In this document: positions 38,965-47,638 of the stretch, one piece after another | Layout: each line of letters opens with the position of its first letter | How positions within the stretch are numbered: position 1 is the first letter of the stretch | Origin: Pseudobacteriovorax antillogorgiicola | Lineage (GTDB): Bacteria > Bdellovibrionota_B > Oligoflexia > Oligoflexales > RGVZ01 | Direction: 5' to 3' | Assembly: GCA_945898195.1 (NCBI GenBank) | Contig: CAMDHM010000002.1 | Location: 1-64,000 of the forward strand | Length of the DNA: 64,000 nt | Notes under the pieces: model-generated | What the model was told of the DNA's origin: nothing | The model's database searches: none | What the model saw: the letters and a program-made list of their open reading frames with translations, nothing else | Program-made: the position numbers and the translations under genes

Positions 38965-41636
38965 TGGACATGTCAAAATACGAATTTGGCGCACAAAAAG
39001 CTCTGCATCAAGGCCTCCAGTATGCGAGAGGCTTTGGTCATCCACACTTTGAACCGGAACACGTTGCCCTTGCAATTGTTAAGCATGGCAAGGTGGGTCT
39101 GTCGAAGGAGGTCACAGAGCGCCTCAAGGCCCATCTTGAAAACCACCTGGCGAAAGTCCCGCGGATTTTTGGTTCTATCAAGATTGAATTTGGAAAGCGC
39201 CTTTCCGGGGCCCTTGACCGCGCGGAATCATCGGGTGGTGGAAACCCAGTTTCGGAAGCCGTTCTTTGGGATTCGATTTGTAAGCAGTCGACGGCGATCT
39301 TGAATTTTTTTGCAGGCTTCAAGCAAATGCGGTCTGAGCCTCGTGACTTTGTCCCTTTGTCGGGGATTGATCATGGCCCCACGACGGCCAAAGATTCCGT
39401 AACGGTGAATGATGGCAGCGAGCCCGTGGCAAAAAAGGCCAAGGCGACGAAGGAGGAAAAGGCCCCTCAGTCTAATCCCGATGAATTTAAACTGAATTCC
39501 TTTTTGAAGTCGTTCACCATCGATCTAACGGAACTTGCTCAGAAGGGCGATTTGGATCCAGTCATTGGTCGAGACGCCGAAGTCCGCCGGGTGCTTGAAA
39601 TTTTGGGGCGCAAAAAGAAAAATAATCCATTGCTTCTCGGTGAACCGGGCGTCGGCAAATCAGCGGTGGCCGAGGCCGTGGCTTTAAAGATTGCCAGTGG
39701 CCAGGTGCCTGAAACCATGCGCGACAAACGTGTTTTGTCGTTGGACCTAGGCGCCATGCTTGCCGGTGCCAAATACCGGGGTGAATTTGAGGAGAGGATT
39801 AAGGGACTTTTGCAAGCCTTGGATGAATACCGTGGGCAGATCATCTTGTTTATCGACGAAATTCATATGATCGTCGGTGCCGGCAATCCCCAAGGGTCTG
39901 CAGATGCCGCAAACTTGCTTAAGCCAGCCTTAGCCCGCGGGTTAATTCAGTGTCTTGGTGCAACGACTTCAGATGAGTTTCGCAAGTACATTGAAAAAGA
40001 TCCCGCTTTGGAGCGTCGCTTTCAACCGTTGATGGTTGAAGAGCCTGGCCGTGCTGCAGCCATTTCAATTTTACGTGGGTTGAAGGCCCGCTATGAAATT
40101 CATCACGGAGTCCAGATTGACGACGATGCGTTGATCGCTGCCGTTGATCTTTCCATTCGTTATGTTCCCGACCGTCGTTTGCCCGACAAGGCGATCGACC
40201 TTATGGATGAGGCGGCCAGCAGGTTGCGCCTTCAAATCGCCAGCGTGCCAGCCGTGCTCGACGGTTTACGCGGGCGGATTGCCCAACTTGAGATTGAACG
40301 CAATGCGATTGGCAATCAGTCTTTGAATCAAAAGGCTTTTGCCATCATTGATGCTGAGCTGGTGAAAGTCCGCAGGGAACACGAGCGCGTGGAGTTGATT
40401 TGGCGAAGCCATCATTCCGCTTTGGAATCGCTGCGCGAGGCGGAGGCTCGTAAGGAGGAACTTGCCGGGCTGTATGATGCCGCGAAATCTCGGGGAGAAT
40501 TCGAATTTGCCGCGCGGCTGCAATATATGGAAATTCCAAATAATGAAAAACACTTGGCCGACCTGCGCAAACAACTTGATGTTCAGCAGTCGCAGAATTC
40601 TTTTTTACGACAGGTGGTAGGGTCGCGAGAGGTTGGTGAGGTTGTGGCGGCCTGGACGCGCATTCCGGTCGACAAAATTATTGAAGGTGATTCGAACCGC
40701 CTTTTGAAAATGCGCGCACGCCTTGAGGTGCGCATTTTCGGTCAAGATGCCGCCTTGGATACGGTTAGCCGGGCGGTGCGCAGGGCGCGAACGGGGGTCA
40801 ACGACCCCAAACGTCCTCTTGGCGTCTTTCTTTTTCTCGGACCGACGGGGGTCGGGAAAACCGAGACGGCGAAAGCTTTGGCCGCAGAAATGTTTGACGA
40901 CGAAAGCAAGATGATCCGAGTCGACATGTCGGAGATGATGGAGTCTCACAACGTCGCACGCCTGATTGGGGCCCCCCCTGGTTATGTTGGGTATGGTGAG
41001 GGGGGAGGCCTTGCCGAGGCAGTTCGTCAGATGCCCTACTCGGTGGTCCTTCTTGATGAGGTTGAAAAGGCTCATCCAAAGGTTCTTGATATTCTTTTAC
41101 AGGTTTTTGAGGACGGTAGGCTGACCGATGGTCGGGGTAAGGTGGTTGATTTCCGTAACACCCTGATCATCATGACCTCCAATCTGGATGTCGGACTTAT
41201 CCAATCAAATCAGGGCGGCCAGGCTGACGACGGTGGACTGCGCCGGGCCCTTTCGGAGACGATGAGGCCCGAGTTCGTCAATCGCATCGATGAGATTGTG
41301 CAGTTCCGCAAGTTGGGTCCAAAGCAACTTGAGATGGTATTGGGTCGATTGTTGGTGGAGCTCAATGACCGTTTGGCATTCAGAAACTTTCGCGTTGGTC
41401 TGGGCCCTGTCCTTCGGGAGCACCTACTGGCCATGGCGTCGGACCCCCGATTTGGCGCACGAACCATGCGAAGGGCCTTTCACAGTAAGGTCGTGGATCC
41501 GGTTTCGGACCGAATTTTAACCATGGCCGTGGCATGCCGAGGCAGTTGGCTCGTGGATTTAGACCCTGATGGGCGCTCGGTTTGGCGTGAGGAATTTGAT
41601 TCTTCCCGCTACCTGCCCCCCGCCAAGGAGGGCTAA
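38961..41636 (+). CDS. clpB: chaperone ClpB (Hsp104 family disaggregase)
   Basis: 891 aa. Two AAA+ modules (Walker A GEPGVGKS and GPTGVGKT) with a coiled-coil middle domain between them. Confidence 0.9.
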   Translation: MMDMSKYEFGAQKALHQGLQYARGFGHPHFEPEHVALAIVKHGKVGLSKEVTERLKAHLENHLAKVPRIFGSIKIEFGKRLSGALDRAESSGGGNPVSEAVLWDSICKQSTAILNFFAGFKQMRSEPRDFVPLSGIDHGPTTAKDSVTVNDGSEPVAKKAKATKEEKAPQSNPDEFKLNSFLKSFTIDLTELAQKGDLDPVIGRDAEVRRVLEILGRKKKNNPLLLGEPGVGKSAVAEAVALKIASGQVPETMRDKRVLSLDLGAMLAGAKYRGEFEERIKGLLQALDEYRGQIILFIDEIHMIVGAGNPQGSADAANLLKPALARGLIQCLGATTSDEFRKYIEKDPALERRFQPLMVEEPGRAAAISILRGLKARYEIHHGVQIDDDALIAAVDLSIRYVPDRRLPDKAIDLMDEAASRLRLQIASVPAVLDGLRGRIAQLEIERNAIGNQSLNQKAFAIIDAELVKVRREHERVELIWRSHHSALESLREAEARKEELAGLYDAAKSRGEFEFAARLQYMEIPNNEKHLADLRKQLDVQQSQNSFLRQVVGSREVGEVVAAWTRIPVDKIIEGDSNRLLKMRARLEVRIFGQDAALDTVSRAVRRARTGVNDPKRPLGVFLFLGPTGVGKTETAKALAAEMFDDESKMIRVDMSEMMESHNVARLIGAPPGYVGYGEGGGLAEAVRQMPYSVVLLDEVEKAHPKVLDILLQVFEDGRLTDGRGKVVDFRNTLIIMTSNLDVGLIQSNQGGQADDGGLRRALSETMRPEFVNRIDEIVQFRKLGPKQLEMVLGRLLVELNDRLAFRNFRVGLGPVLREHLLAMASDPRFGARTMRRAFHSKVVDPVSDRILTMAVACRGSWLVDLDPDGRSVWREEFDSSRYLPPAKEG

Positions 41637-41722
41637 TCAATGGCGAACTTGTTTGCTTTCGACGTTCCGGACTTGACAACTATGGGTCATAACAATAATT
41701 CTTCATCGATCCGCATCAGAGT

Positions 41723-41797
41723 TGGGGCGTCGACAAGCGGTAAGTCACTGGATTTTGATTCCAGTATTCGTAGGTTCGAATCCTACCGCCCCAGCCA
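41723..41797 (+). tRNA. tRNA-Gln (anticodon TTG)
   Basis: Acceptor TGGGGCG/CGCCCCA followed by G-CCA. Anticodon stem ACTGG/CCAGT with loop ATTTTGA. T-arm GTAGG-TTCGAAT-CCTAC. Confidence 0.75.
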
Positions 41798-41854
41798 CTC
41801 TTTCCTGCTTTGTCTCCGCGTTTGGCACCTCCACTCATACCGAGGTTTAGCCTA

Positions 41855-42802
41855 ATGGAATCTGGACTCATCGTTTTCTCTGGTAATGCCAATCGGCCTT
41901 TAGCCGAAAAAATCTGTCAATCCTTGAAAATTGATCTTGGGAATGCTTCGGTAAGTTCATTCTCAGACGGTGAAACCCGCGTTGAAATTGAAAGCAATGT
42001 GCGGGGGCGTGATGTTTTTATCATTCAGCCTACCTGCGCCCCAGCCAACCACCACATCATGGAAGCCCTCATCATGGCAGACGCCTGCCGCCGGTCTTCG
42101 GCGCAGCGCATCACCCTTGTGGTTCCCTACTTCGGTTACGCACGCCAGGAACGTAAAAGCGCCCCTAGAACTCCGATCACGGCAAAGCTGGTGGCGGACC
42201 TTTTTGCTAGCGCGGGCTTTGACCGGATTTTGTCCTTGGAATTGCACACTTCGGCCATCCAAGGTTTTTTCAACCTTCCGGTGGATCACCTATTTGCTAA
42301 GCCTGTTTTCGCTAAATATTTGGCAACGCGTCCCGACATTCTTGAAGATCTGATTGTTGTTTCGCCAGATGCCGGTGGTGTTGAGCGGGCAAGGGCCCTT
42401 GCAAAGTACTTTACCTGCGGCCTTGCGATCGTTGACAAGCGGCGTGACCGACCAAATGAAAGCACCGTCATGAATCTCATTGGAGATGTGAAGGGGCGTA
42501 ATTGTTTGATCGTGGATGATATTTGCGATACCGGCGGATCTTTGGCTAAGGCGGCCGATACTTTGGCTGAAAATGGCGCCAAGGGTGTCTATGCCGTGAT
42601 CAGTCATGCGGTGCTTTCCGGGCAGGCGTTATCCCGGATTGAAGCCTCGGCCTTGAAAGAATTCATTTGCACGGATTCGATCCCATTGAGCGAAAAATGT
42701 GCAAAATCAAGTAAAATCAGGCAGTTAAGCGTTTCATCCCTCCTTGCAGAGGCAATTCAACGCATACATAATTCCGATTCCGTAAGCTCACTTTTCGTGT
42801 AG
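41855..42802 (+). CDS. prs: ribose-phosphate pyrophosphokinase
   Basis: MESGLIVFSGNANRPLAEKI… and the PRPP-binding region (…VVSPDAGGVERAR…). Start set at the ATG after tRNA-Gln with a GAGG SD. Confidence 0.9.
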   Translation: MESGLIVFSGNANRPLAEKICQSLKIDLGNASVSSFSDGETRVEIESNVRGRDVFIIQPTCAPANHHIMEALIMADACRRSSAQRITLVVPYFGYARQERKSAPRTPITAKLVADLFASAGFDRILSLELHTSAIQGFFNLPVDHLFAKPVFAKYLATRPDILEDLIVVSPDAGGVERARALAKYFTCGLAIVDKRRDRPNESTVMNLIGDVKGRNCLIVDDICDTGGSLAKAADTLAENGAKGVYAVISHAVLSGQALSRIEASALKEFICTDSIPLSEKCAKSSKIRQLSVSSLLAEAIQRIHNSDSVSSLFV

Positions 42803-42908
42803 AACGCATGCTAGCGAGACTCATTAGACAAACGCCTTGAAAGCCTTGTCAGATATCGCTATAAGGCAGGGTTCTGTTGGTCCTATAGATTTTAGGGTGA
42901 GTACCATC

Positions 42909-43193
42909 ATGTCCGAAACGACGATGATTACAATCGAAGGAAAGCATCGCGCAGTCACAGGCAAAGGCGCTTGTCGCCGGATGCGCCGCGATGGAATGAT
43001 TCCCGCAGTCCTCTGCCATAAAGGCAAGTCGACGGCGCTGGAAATTAACCCGAAGTTCCTTGCCAGGGCTTGGCAGAACGAGAAATCGTTCAACCTTAGC
43101 CTCGATGGCAAAGTGCTACCGGTCCGTATCACTGAACTTCAGCTTGACCACGTGAAGCGTACTGCGCTGCATGTGGATCTGGCTCACATCTAA
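42909..43193 (+). CDS. rplY: 50S ribosomal protein L25 (short form)
   Basis: 94 aa. MSETTMITIEGKHRAVTGKGACRRMRRDGMIPAV… has the L25/Ctc N-domain. Sits in the conserved prs-rplY-pth arrangement. Confidence 0.8.
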   Translation: MSETTMITIEGKHRAVTGKGACRRMRRDGMIPAVLCHKGKSTALEINPKFLARAWQNEKSFNLSLDGKVLPVRITELQLDHVKRTALHVDLAHI

Positions 43194-43233
43194 TTCTTTT
43201 GAATCAGATGTACCTTTTCCCGGGTGAAGGATC

Positions 43234-43803
43234 TTGAAGCTCCTTGTGGGCCTCGGAAATCCGGGGAAAAAGTATGAAGTCAGCCGTCACAATGCTGGAT
43301 TCATTGTGGTGGACGAGCTGGTTAAGCGGGTTGGCGCTGAATGGCGGGAGGATTCTTCCCGTTTTGAGGCGTTGACGGCGAAGACGGTCATTGCTGGTGA
43401 AGAGTGTTTGGTGATCAAACCCCAGACATTCATGAACGTCAGTGGCAGGTCGGTGCAGAAGGCGGCGGCTTACTTTAAGATTCCGGTGAACGATGTCGTG
43501 GTTTTATACGACGATATCGATGTTCCCGCCGGGAAAGTAAAGGTAAGGACAGCCGGTGGTCACGGCGGCCACAACGGAGTCCGTAGCATTATTGAATGCT
43601 TGGGCTCAGCTGAATTCCCAAGGGTAAAGTTGGGGGTCGGCAAACCGCTTGAGGCAACTTTCCAGGTTGCTGTGGCGGACTGGGTTCTGGCTCCAATGGG
43701 AGTTCAGGAACTGGGGAACATGAAAAGTGTGATGGCCGATGAGGCTCTTCTGCGATTGAAAAATCTTTTTCAAGGCAGTAGATCATCTGGGCCTGGAAAT
43801 TAA
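43234..43803 (+). CDS. pth: peptidyl-tRNA hydrolase
   Basis: MKLLVGLGNPGKKYEVSRHNAGF… is the Pth signature. 189 aa. Confidence 0.9.
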   Translation: MKLLVGLGNPGKKYEVSRHNAGFIVVDELVKRVGAEWREDSSRFEALTAKTVIAGEECLVIKPQTFMNVSGRSVQKAAAYFKIPVNDVVVLYDDIDVPAGKVKVRTAGGHGGHNGVRSIIECLGSAEFPRVKLGVGKPLEATFQVAVADWVLAPMGVQELGNMKSVMADEALLRLKNLFQGSRSSGPGN

Positions 43804-43861
43804 CCTCCTTTGCCTGCACCAAAACGTAGTGCAGGCTGAGAAACCGTAAAGGAGACGGAAA

Positions 43862-44260
43862 ATGCTTAGAGAATATGAGATGACCTTCATCACCCGTTCG
43901 GACTTGCCTGAGGCCGACTTCAACGGCGTACTCGCAAAGTACGAAAAGTACATGACCGCTGATGGTGGCGAAATCCTGAAAAAGGATGCGTGGGGCTCCC
44001 GCAAGTTAGCCTTTCCAATCAACAAGCAGCACCGTGGTAACTTCATGGTGTATGACTTTGCTGGACTTGCCTCCCATCTGACCGAGATGGAACGCTTGAT
44101 GCGTATTGACGAAAACGTCTTGCGTTACCTTTCAGTGTTGCTCAACAAGCAAGTGGATGTTGAAAAGCGCAAGGTCGAGATCACGAACGAAGCTATTGCA
44201 GCTAAAGAACGCGAAGCTGCAGCCCGCGAAGCTGCTGAAGAGCTCGGCGGCCGCGATTAG
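43862..44260 (+). CDS. rpsF: 30S ribosomal protein S6
   Basis: 132 aa. …YEMTFITRSDL… followed by an acidic C-terminal tail. Confidence 0.85.
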   Translation: MLREYEMTFITRSDLPEADFNGVLAKYEKYMTADGGEILKKDAWGSRKLAFPINKQHRGNFMVYDFAGLASHLTEMERLMRIDENVLRYLSVLLNKQVDVEKRKVEITNEAIAAKEREAAAREAAEELGGRD

Positions 44261-44304
44261 TTCGAACGGTTGAACCAGGAACACCGATTCCGGAGTAGTG
44301 AATC

Positions 44305-44748
44305 ATGAAAATTATTTTGAACCATGACGTTGACAGCCTTGGTCGCGTTGGTGACATTGTCAATGTTCGCAGCGGATACGCTCGGAACTTTCTTTTGCCG
44401 CGCGGCCTTTGCATGCAGGCAAACGAAGAAAATCAGGCGGCCCTTGCACACCACAAGCGTATCCTCGACAAGAAGCGCGCTGGCATGTTGGCTGAAGCTA
44501 AAAAAGCGGCGACCTCGATTGAAAAGACTTCTGTCACCGTGACTAAGCAGGTCGGCGAAGACGAGAAGATTTTTGGTTCGGTCACCACGGCTGAGCTCGA
44601 ACAGCTCTTGTCGGCTGAAGGCATCAAGGTTTCTCGTAAAGACATTACGATCCTTGATGACATCAAGAAGGTTGGCGTTTACGCAGCACAAGTAAAGTTG
44701 CACAGTGATGTCAGCGCCAAATTCAAAGTTTGGGTTGTTGCCGGCTAA
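44305..44748 (+). CDS. rplI: 50S ribosomal protein L9
   Basis: 147 aa. MKIILNHDVDSLGRVGDIVNVRSGYARNFLLPRG…. Confidence 0.9.
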   Translation: MKIILNHDVDSLGRVGDIVNVRSGYARNFLLPRGLCMQANEENQAALAHHKRILDKKRAGMLAEAKKAATSIEKTSVTVTKQVGEDEKIFGSVTTAELEQLLSAEGIKVSRKDITILDDIKKVGVYAAQVKLHSDVSAKFKVWVVAG

Positions 44749-44835
44749 AACCGGTTCTGGTTTAGATTTGCAGGCGCTGGGTTGAGCAAGACCTTCCCCA
44801 GGGAAGGTTGCCATCCCGGTGCTTTTTTTTGACTT

Positions 44836-46212
44836 TTGCTTTCGAGTCCCATGGAACATACAAGAACACCATCGCCAATGGACGTTGTCGCCCCACCCCA
44901 CTCTGTGGAAGCGGAAAAGGCCGTCCTTGGCGCTGTTTTGCGTGATCCACCCTTGCTTGGAATGATTACCGATAAGATCCGGGAGGATTATTTTTTCCTG
45001 GATTATCACCGTAAGATTTTTTCGGTGATGATGGGACTCGATGCCAAGGGCGATCCTTGCGACCTTGTCACCGTTGCCGACCGCTTGCAGCGACTTGAGC
45101 AAGACTCCCGTATTTCGGCGCCGGTTTATCTTGTCGACCTAATTCAACAGGCGCCAGTCGCACAAAACATCGAACACCATGCCAAGATCGTTGCGGAATA
45201 CTATTTTCTTCGGAAGATGATTCGTGTGTGTCAGGAGACCATCGGTAAGGCCGCTGCCGCCGAGGGTAACATCATGGGGTTTGTTGAAGAGGTCGAGAAA
45301 TCCTTTCTTGAGATCAGCAACGAGCAGGACCGTCAGGGTGGGGTCTCCACCCACATGGAGGTTCTTGAAAGTACCATCAACGAGCTTGAACAAAAGATGC
45401 TGCGTGCTGGAGAGCTCAGTGGCGTTCCCTCTGGCTTCACCGATTTGGATTCAGTCACCGGTGGTTGGCAGAAAAGCGATTTGATCATTCTGGCAGCGCG
45501 GCCTGGGATGGGAAAAACGGCATTTGCACTGAATTGCGCCATGAATTCAGTTAAAGCCGGGCATCCGACCCTGATTTTTACCCTGGAGATGGCAAAAAAT
45601 CAGCTCATGACCCGTCTTATTTCCTCTGAGGCGCGAGTGGACTCAGCCAAACTCCGCCGGGCGGACCCGCTGACTGAGGACGAGCGCAACCGTTTGGTCC
45701 AAGGATTTCGTTCTTTTAGTGCCTTGCCTAAAATGCTTGGTATCGACGATACAGGCGGCCTTAGCCTGGCCGAGGTTCGTTCCAGGAGCCGACGCTTCAA
45801 GAAAGAGCATGGACTTTCTTTGATTATCATCGACTACCTGCAGTTGATGACGGCTTCCGGCAATCGCAAGCCAGAGAGCCGCGAGCGTGAGATTGCTGAA
45901 ATATCTGGTGGCTTAAAAAATCTGGCTAAAGAACTTCAAGTTCCGGTCTTTGCCTTGGCCCAGCTGAATCGTGAGGCCGATAAGCGAATCGACAAGCGCC
46001 CCAAGATAAGCGACCTGCGAGAGTCAGGCTCAATTGAAATGGATGCCGACGTGATTTTATTTGTCTATCGGGATGAGTATTACGACCGTAATTCCGAAGA
46101 TTCTGGAAAGGCGGAGGTCATTTTTGGCAAGAACCGCCACGGTGGTTTGGATACCGTGGCGTTGGCCTACCAGCCCTCCTTTGTCTCTTTCTATAATCTG
46201 CTTAAGGGATAA
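44836..46212 (+). CDS. dnaB: replicative DNA helicase DnaB
   Basis: N-domain (…PPHSVEAEKAVLGAVL…). Walker A ARPGMGKTAF. RecA-like C-domain. The start could be any of the first three Mets. Confidence 0.9.
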   Translation: MLSSPMEHTRTPSPMDVVAPPHSVEAEKAVLGAVLRDPPLLGMITDKIREDYFFLDYHRKIFSVMMGLDAKGDPCDLVTVADRLQRLEQDSRISAPVYLVDLIQQAPVAQNIEHHAKIVAEYYFLRKMIRVCQETIGKAAAAEGNIMGFVEEVEKSFLEISNEQDRQGGVSTHMEVLESTINELEQKMLRAGELSGVPSGFTDLDSVTGGWQKSDLIILAARPGMGKTAFALNCAMNSVKAGHPTLIFTLEMAKNQLMTRLISSEARVDSAKLRRADPLTEDERNRLVQGFRSFSALPKMLGIDDTGGLSLAEVRSRSRRFKKEHGLSLIIIDYLQLMTASGNRKPESREREIAEISGGLKNLAKELQVPVFALAQLNREADKRIDKRPKISDLRESGSIEMDADVILFVYRDEYYDRNSEDSGKAEVIFGKNRHGGLDTVALAYQPSFVSFYNLLKG

Positions 46213-46245
46213 AAAAACCCGCCAGGACAGGCGGGTTATAATTGC
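46211..46245. terminator. bidirectional Rho-independent terminator between dnaB and the fis-like gene
   Basis: AAAAAAA-ACCCGCC-AGGACAG-GCGGGTT-ATAATT. The A-tract on one side and T-rich stretch on the other would serve both convergent genes. Confidence 0.75.
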
Positions 46246-46264
46246 TCAGAAGTCCAAAGGCAGC

Positions 46265-46603
46265 TCAGGGAGCGAAGCCGTGGATCTTCATTTTCTTGCG
46301 CAGGGTGTTGCGATTGATTCCGAGGATCTTTGAGGCATGAACTTGGTTGCCCCCGGTTCTTTTTAAAATTTGTCCAAGCAACGGCTTTTCAACCTTTGAC
46401 ATAAGTAGGTCGTAAAGGCCTTCTGGGTAGAATTTACCCAGCTGATCCAAGAACCTTCCAATCTTCACATCAACGAGATTCTCGAGCGAAAAGCTGTCGA
46501 TCTTATCGAGCATGATGGGGTCGAGTTCCGGGCGAGTTTCAGTTTGAATCATGGCTCCGATAGAGCGTCTCGGCACGAGGTCTTGGTCGCGAAGGGATTC
46601 CAC
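46265..46603 (-). CDS. fis: Fis-family DNA-binding protein
   Basis: 112 aa. C-terminal HTH 'GGNQVHASKILGINRNTLRKKMK'. Confidence 0.7.
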   Translation of the reverse strand: MESLRDQDLVPRRSIGAMIQTETRPELDPIMLDKIDSFSLENLVDVKIGRFLDQLGKFYPEGLYDLLMSKVEKPLLGQILKRTGGNQVHASKILGINRNTLRKKMKIHGFAP

Positions 46604-46698
46604 AGTCAGTGCTCTCCATGTAGGGAGTGAAGTAACTAGCAGCAGCCTTTGAGTGCGTCAACGATCATAAAGTTAGTTTCGCCTAAGAAAAATGTTGA

Positions 46699-46729
46699 CT
46701 TGAAAAAAGCTGATTCCTCGTGGCATTTT
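46699..46729 (+). promoter_or_regulatory. candidate sigma-32-type heat-shock promoter upstream of grpE
   Basis: Exact CTTGAAA at 46699-46705. 15 nt downstream is GTGGCATTT, a degenerate match to CCCCATNT. Lies ~130 nt upstream of the grpE ATG. Confidence 0.3.
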
Positions 46730-46766
46730 TTGCCCACTTCAGAACCACCTCCAGGGCGTCTAGAAT

Positions 46767-46789
46767 AAAGACATAAATAACTTGTCTTT
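46767..46789. promoter_or_regulatory. inverted repeat AAAGACA-N9-TGTCTTT in the fis/grpE divergent intergenic region
   Basis: Perfect 7-bp arms with a 9-bp AT-rich spacer, ~70 nt upstream of the grpE start. It has CIRCE-like geometry but not the CIRCE sequence. Confidence 0.35.
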
Positions 46790-46858
46790 CATCGACGACG
46801 ATCTGCGGGGGTGGTATTTCTTCACAGGAATATGCCAATCGTGGAGCCAGGAAAAGTT

Positions 46859-47425
46859 ATGACGAAGCAGCAAAACCCAGAAGACTTTGGGGACCTCAAT
46901 AAAAACACCGCGCCGCCTGAAGGCGAGCAGGAAAATCGCGATAACGAATTTCAGGTTGAGCTGGAAAAAAGCCGCGAAGAGGCTCGGTTGTTTCAAGACA
47001 AGTATCTACGTCAGGCTGCAGACTTGGAAAACTATCGTCGTCGAAGCGAACGCGAGAAGTCGGACCTTTTGAAGTTTGCGGCAGAAAACCTGGTCAAGGA
47101 CCTGGTGCCGGTGCTTGATAGTTTTAATCAGGCGACGGGAGCTGGGCGTGACGTTGTTCGCGACGCCACAGTCGATGCGACGAGTCTCATGGAAGGCGTG
47201 GAAATGGTGAGGCAGCAGTTGTTGGCCGCACTTCGCAAACATGGGTTGGAAGAGGTTCCAGCAGTTGGTTCTAAGTTTGATCCGAACGTGCATCAAGCGA
47301 TCCAGCGGATCGAGGATGCCGATTGTGATGCAGAGACGGTGGCCCAGGAGTTTGCGAAGGGGTATCTGCTCAATGGCAGACTTGTTCGCCCGGCCATCGT
47401 CAGTGTGACGGTTCCAAGCAAGTAA
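46859..47425 (+). CDS. grpE: nucleotide exchange factor GrpE
   Basis: …LENYRRRSEREKSDLLKFAAENLVKDLVPVLDSF… and a C-terminal beta-domain. Start at the ATG with an AGGAAAAG SD. The track ORF uses an upstream GTG. Confidence 0.85.
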   Translation: MTKQQNPEDFGDLNKNTAPPEGEQENRDNEFQVELEKSREEARLFQDKYLRQAADLENYRRRSEREKSDLLKFAAENLVKDLVPVLDSFNQATGAGRDVVRDATVDATSLMEGVEMVRQQLLAALRKHGLEEVPAVGSKFDPNVHQAIQRIEDADCDAETVAQEFAKGYLLNGRLVRPAIVSVTVPSK

Positions 47426-47638
47426 AAGTTCCCATTCTTCGGGAACTCGTCGGGTATCTCGCCTGGCGATCTTGTTGTTGTGACAGGCATTCAGCGCAGT
47501 CTTTTTATTCAAAGACAAGTTACGGGAGGGGCAGGTTTTTGGATGGTCCGCTAAGGTTCCGTCGCCTGCCTCCGATACTTCACAAGAGACAGCAGAAAGA
47601 ATTTTTCTGGCTTCACTTGTTTCCGAAGGAGATTCCGG

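Noticed and set aside
40971-40978. C7 homopolymers in clpB (40972-40978) and lon (48745-48751)
   Set aside because: They encode the conserved GAPPGY and GPPGVGKT motifs. Their codon usage is constrained by function and they are not candidates for a phase-variation device.
41640-41855. 71-aa ORF downstream of clpB
   Set aside because: It is read across the tRNA-Gln gene (41723-41797). Overlap with a well-formed tRNA makes it spurious.
44257-45102. 281-aa minus-strand ORF
   Set aside because: It is entirely antisense to rplI and the 5' end of dnaB, both of which are confidently identified. It has no RBS and no recognisable domains.
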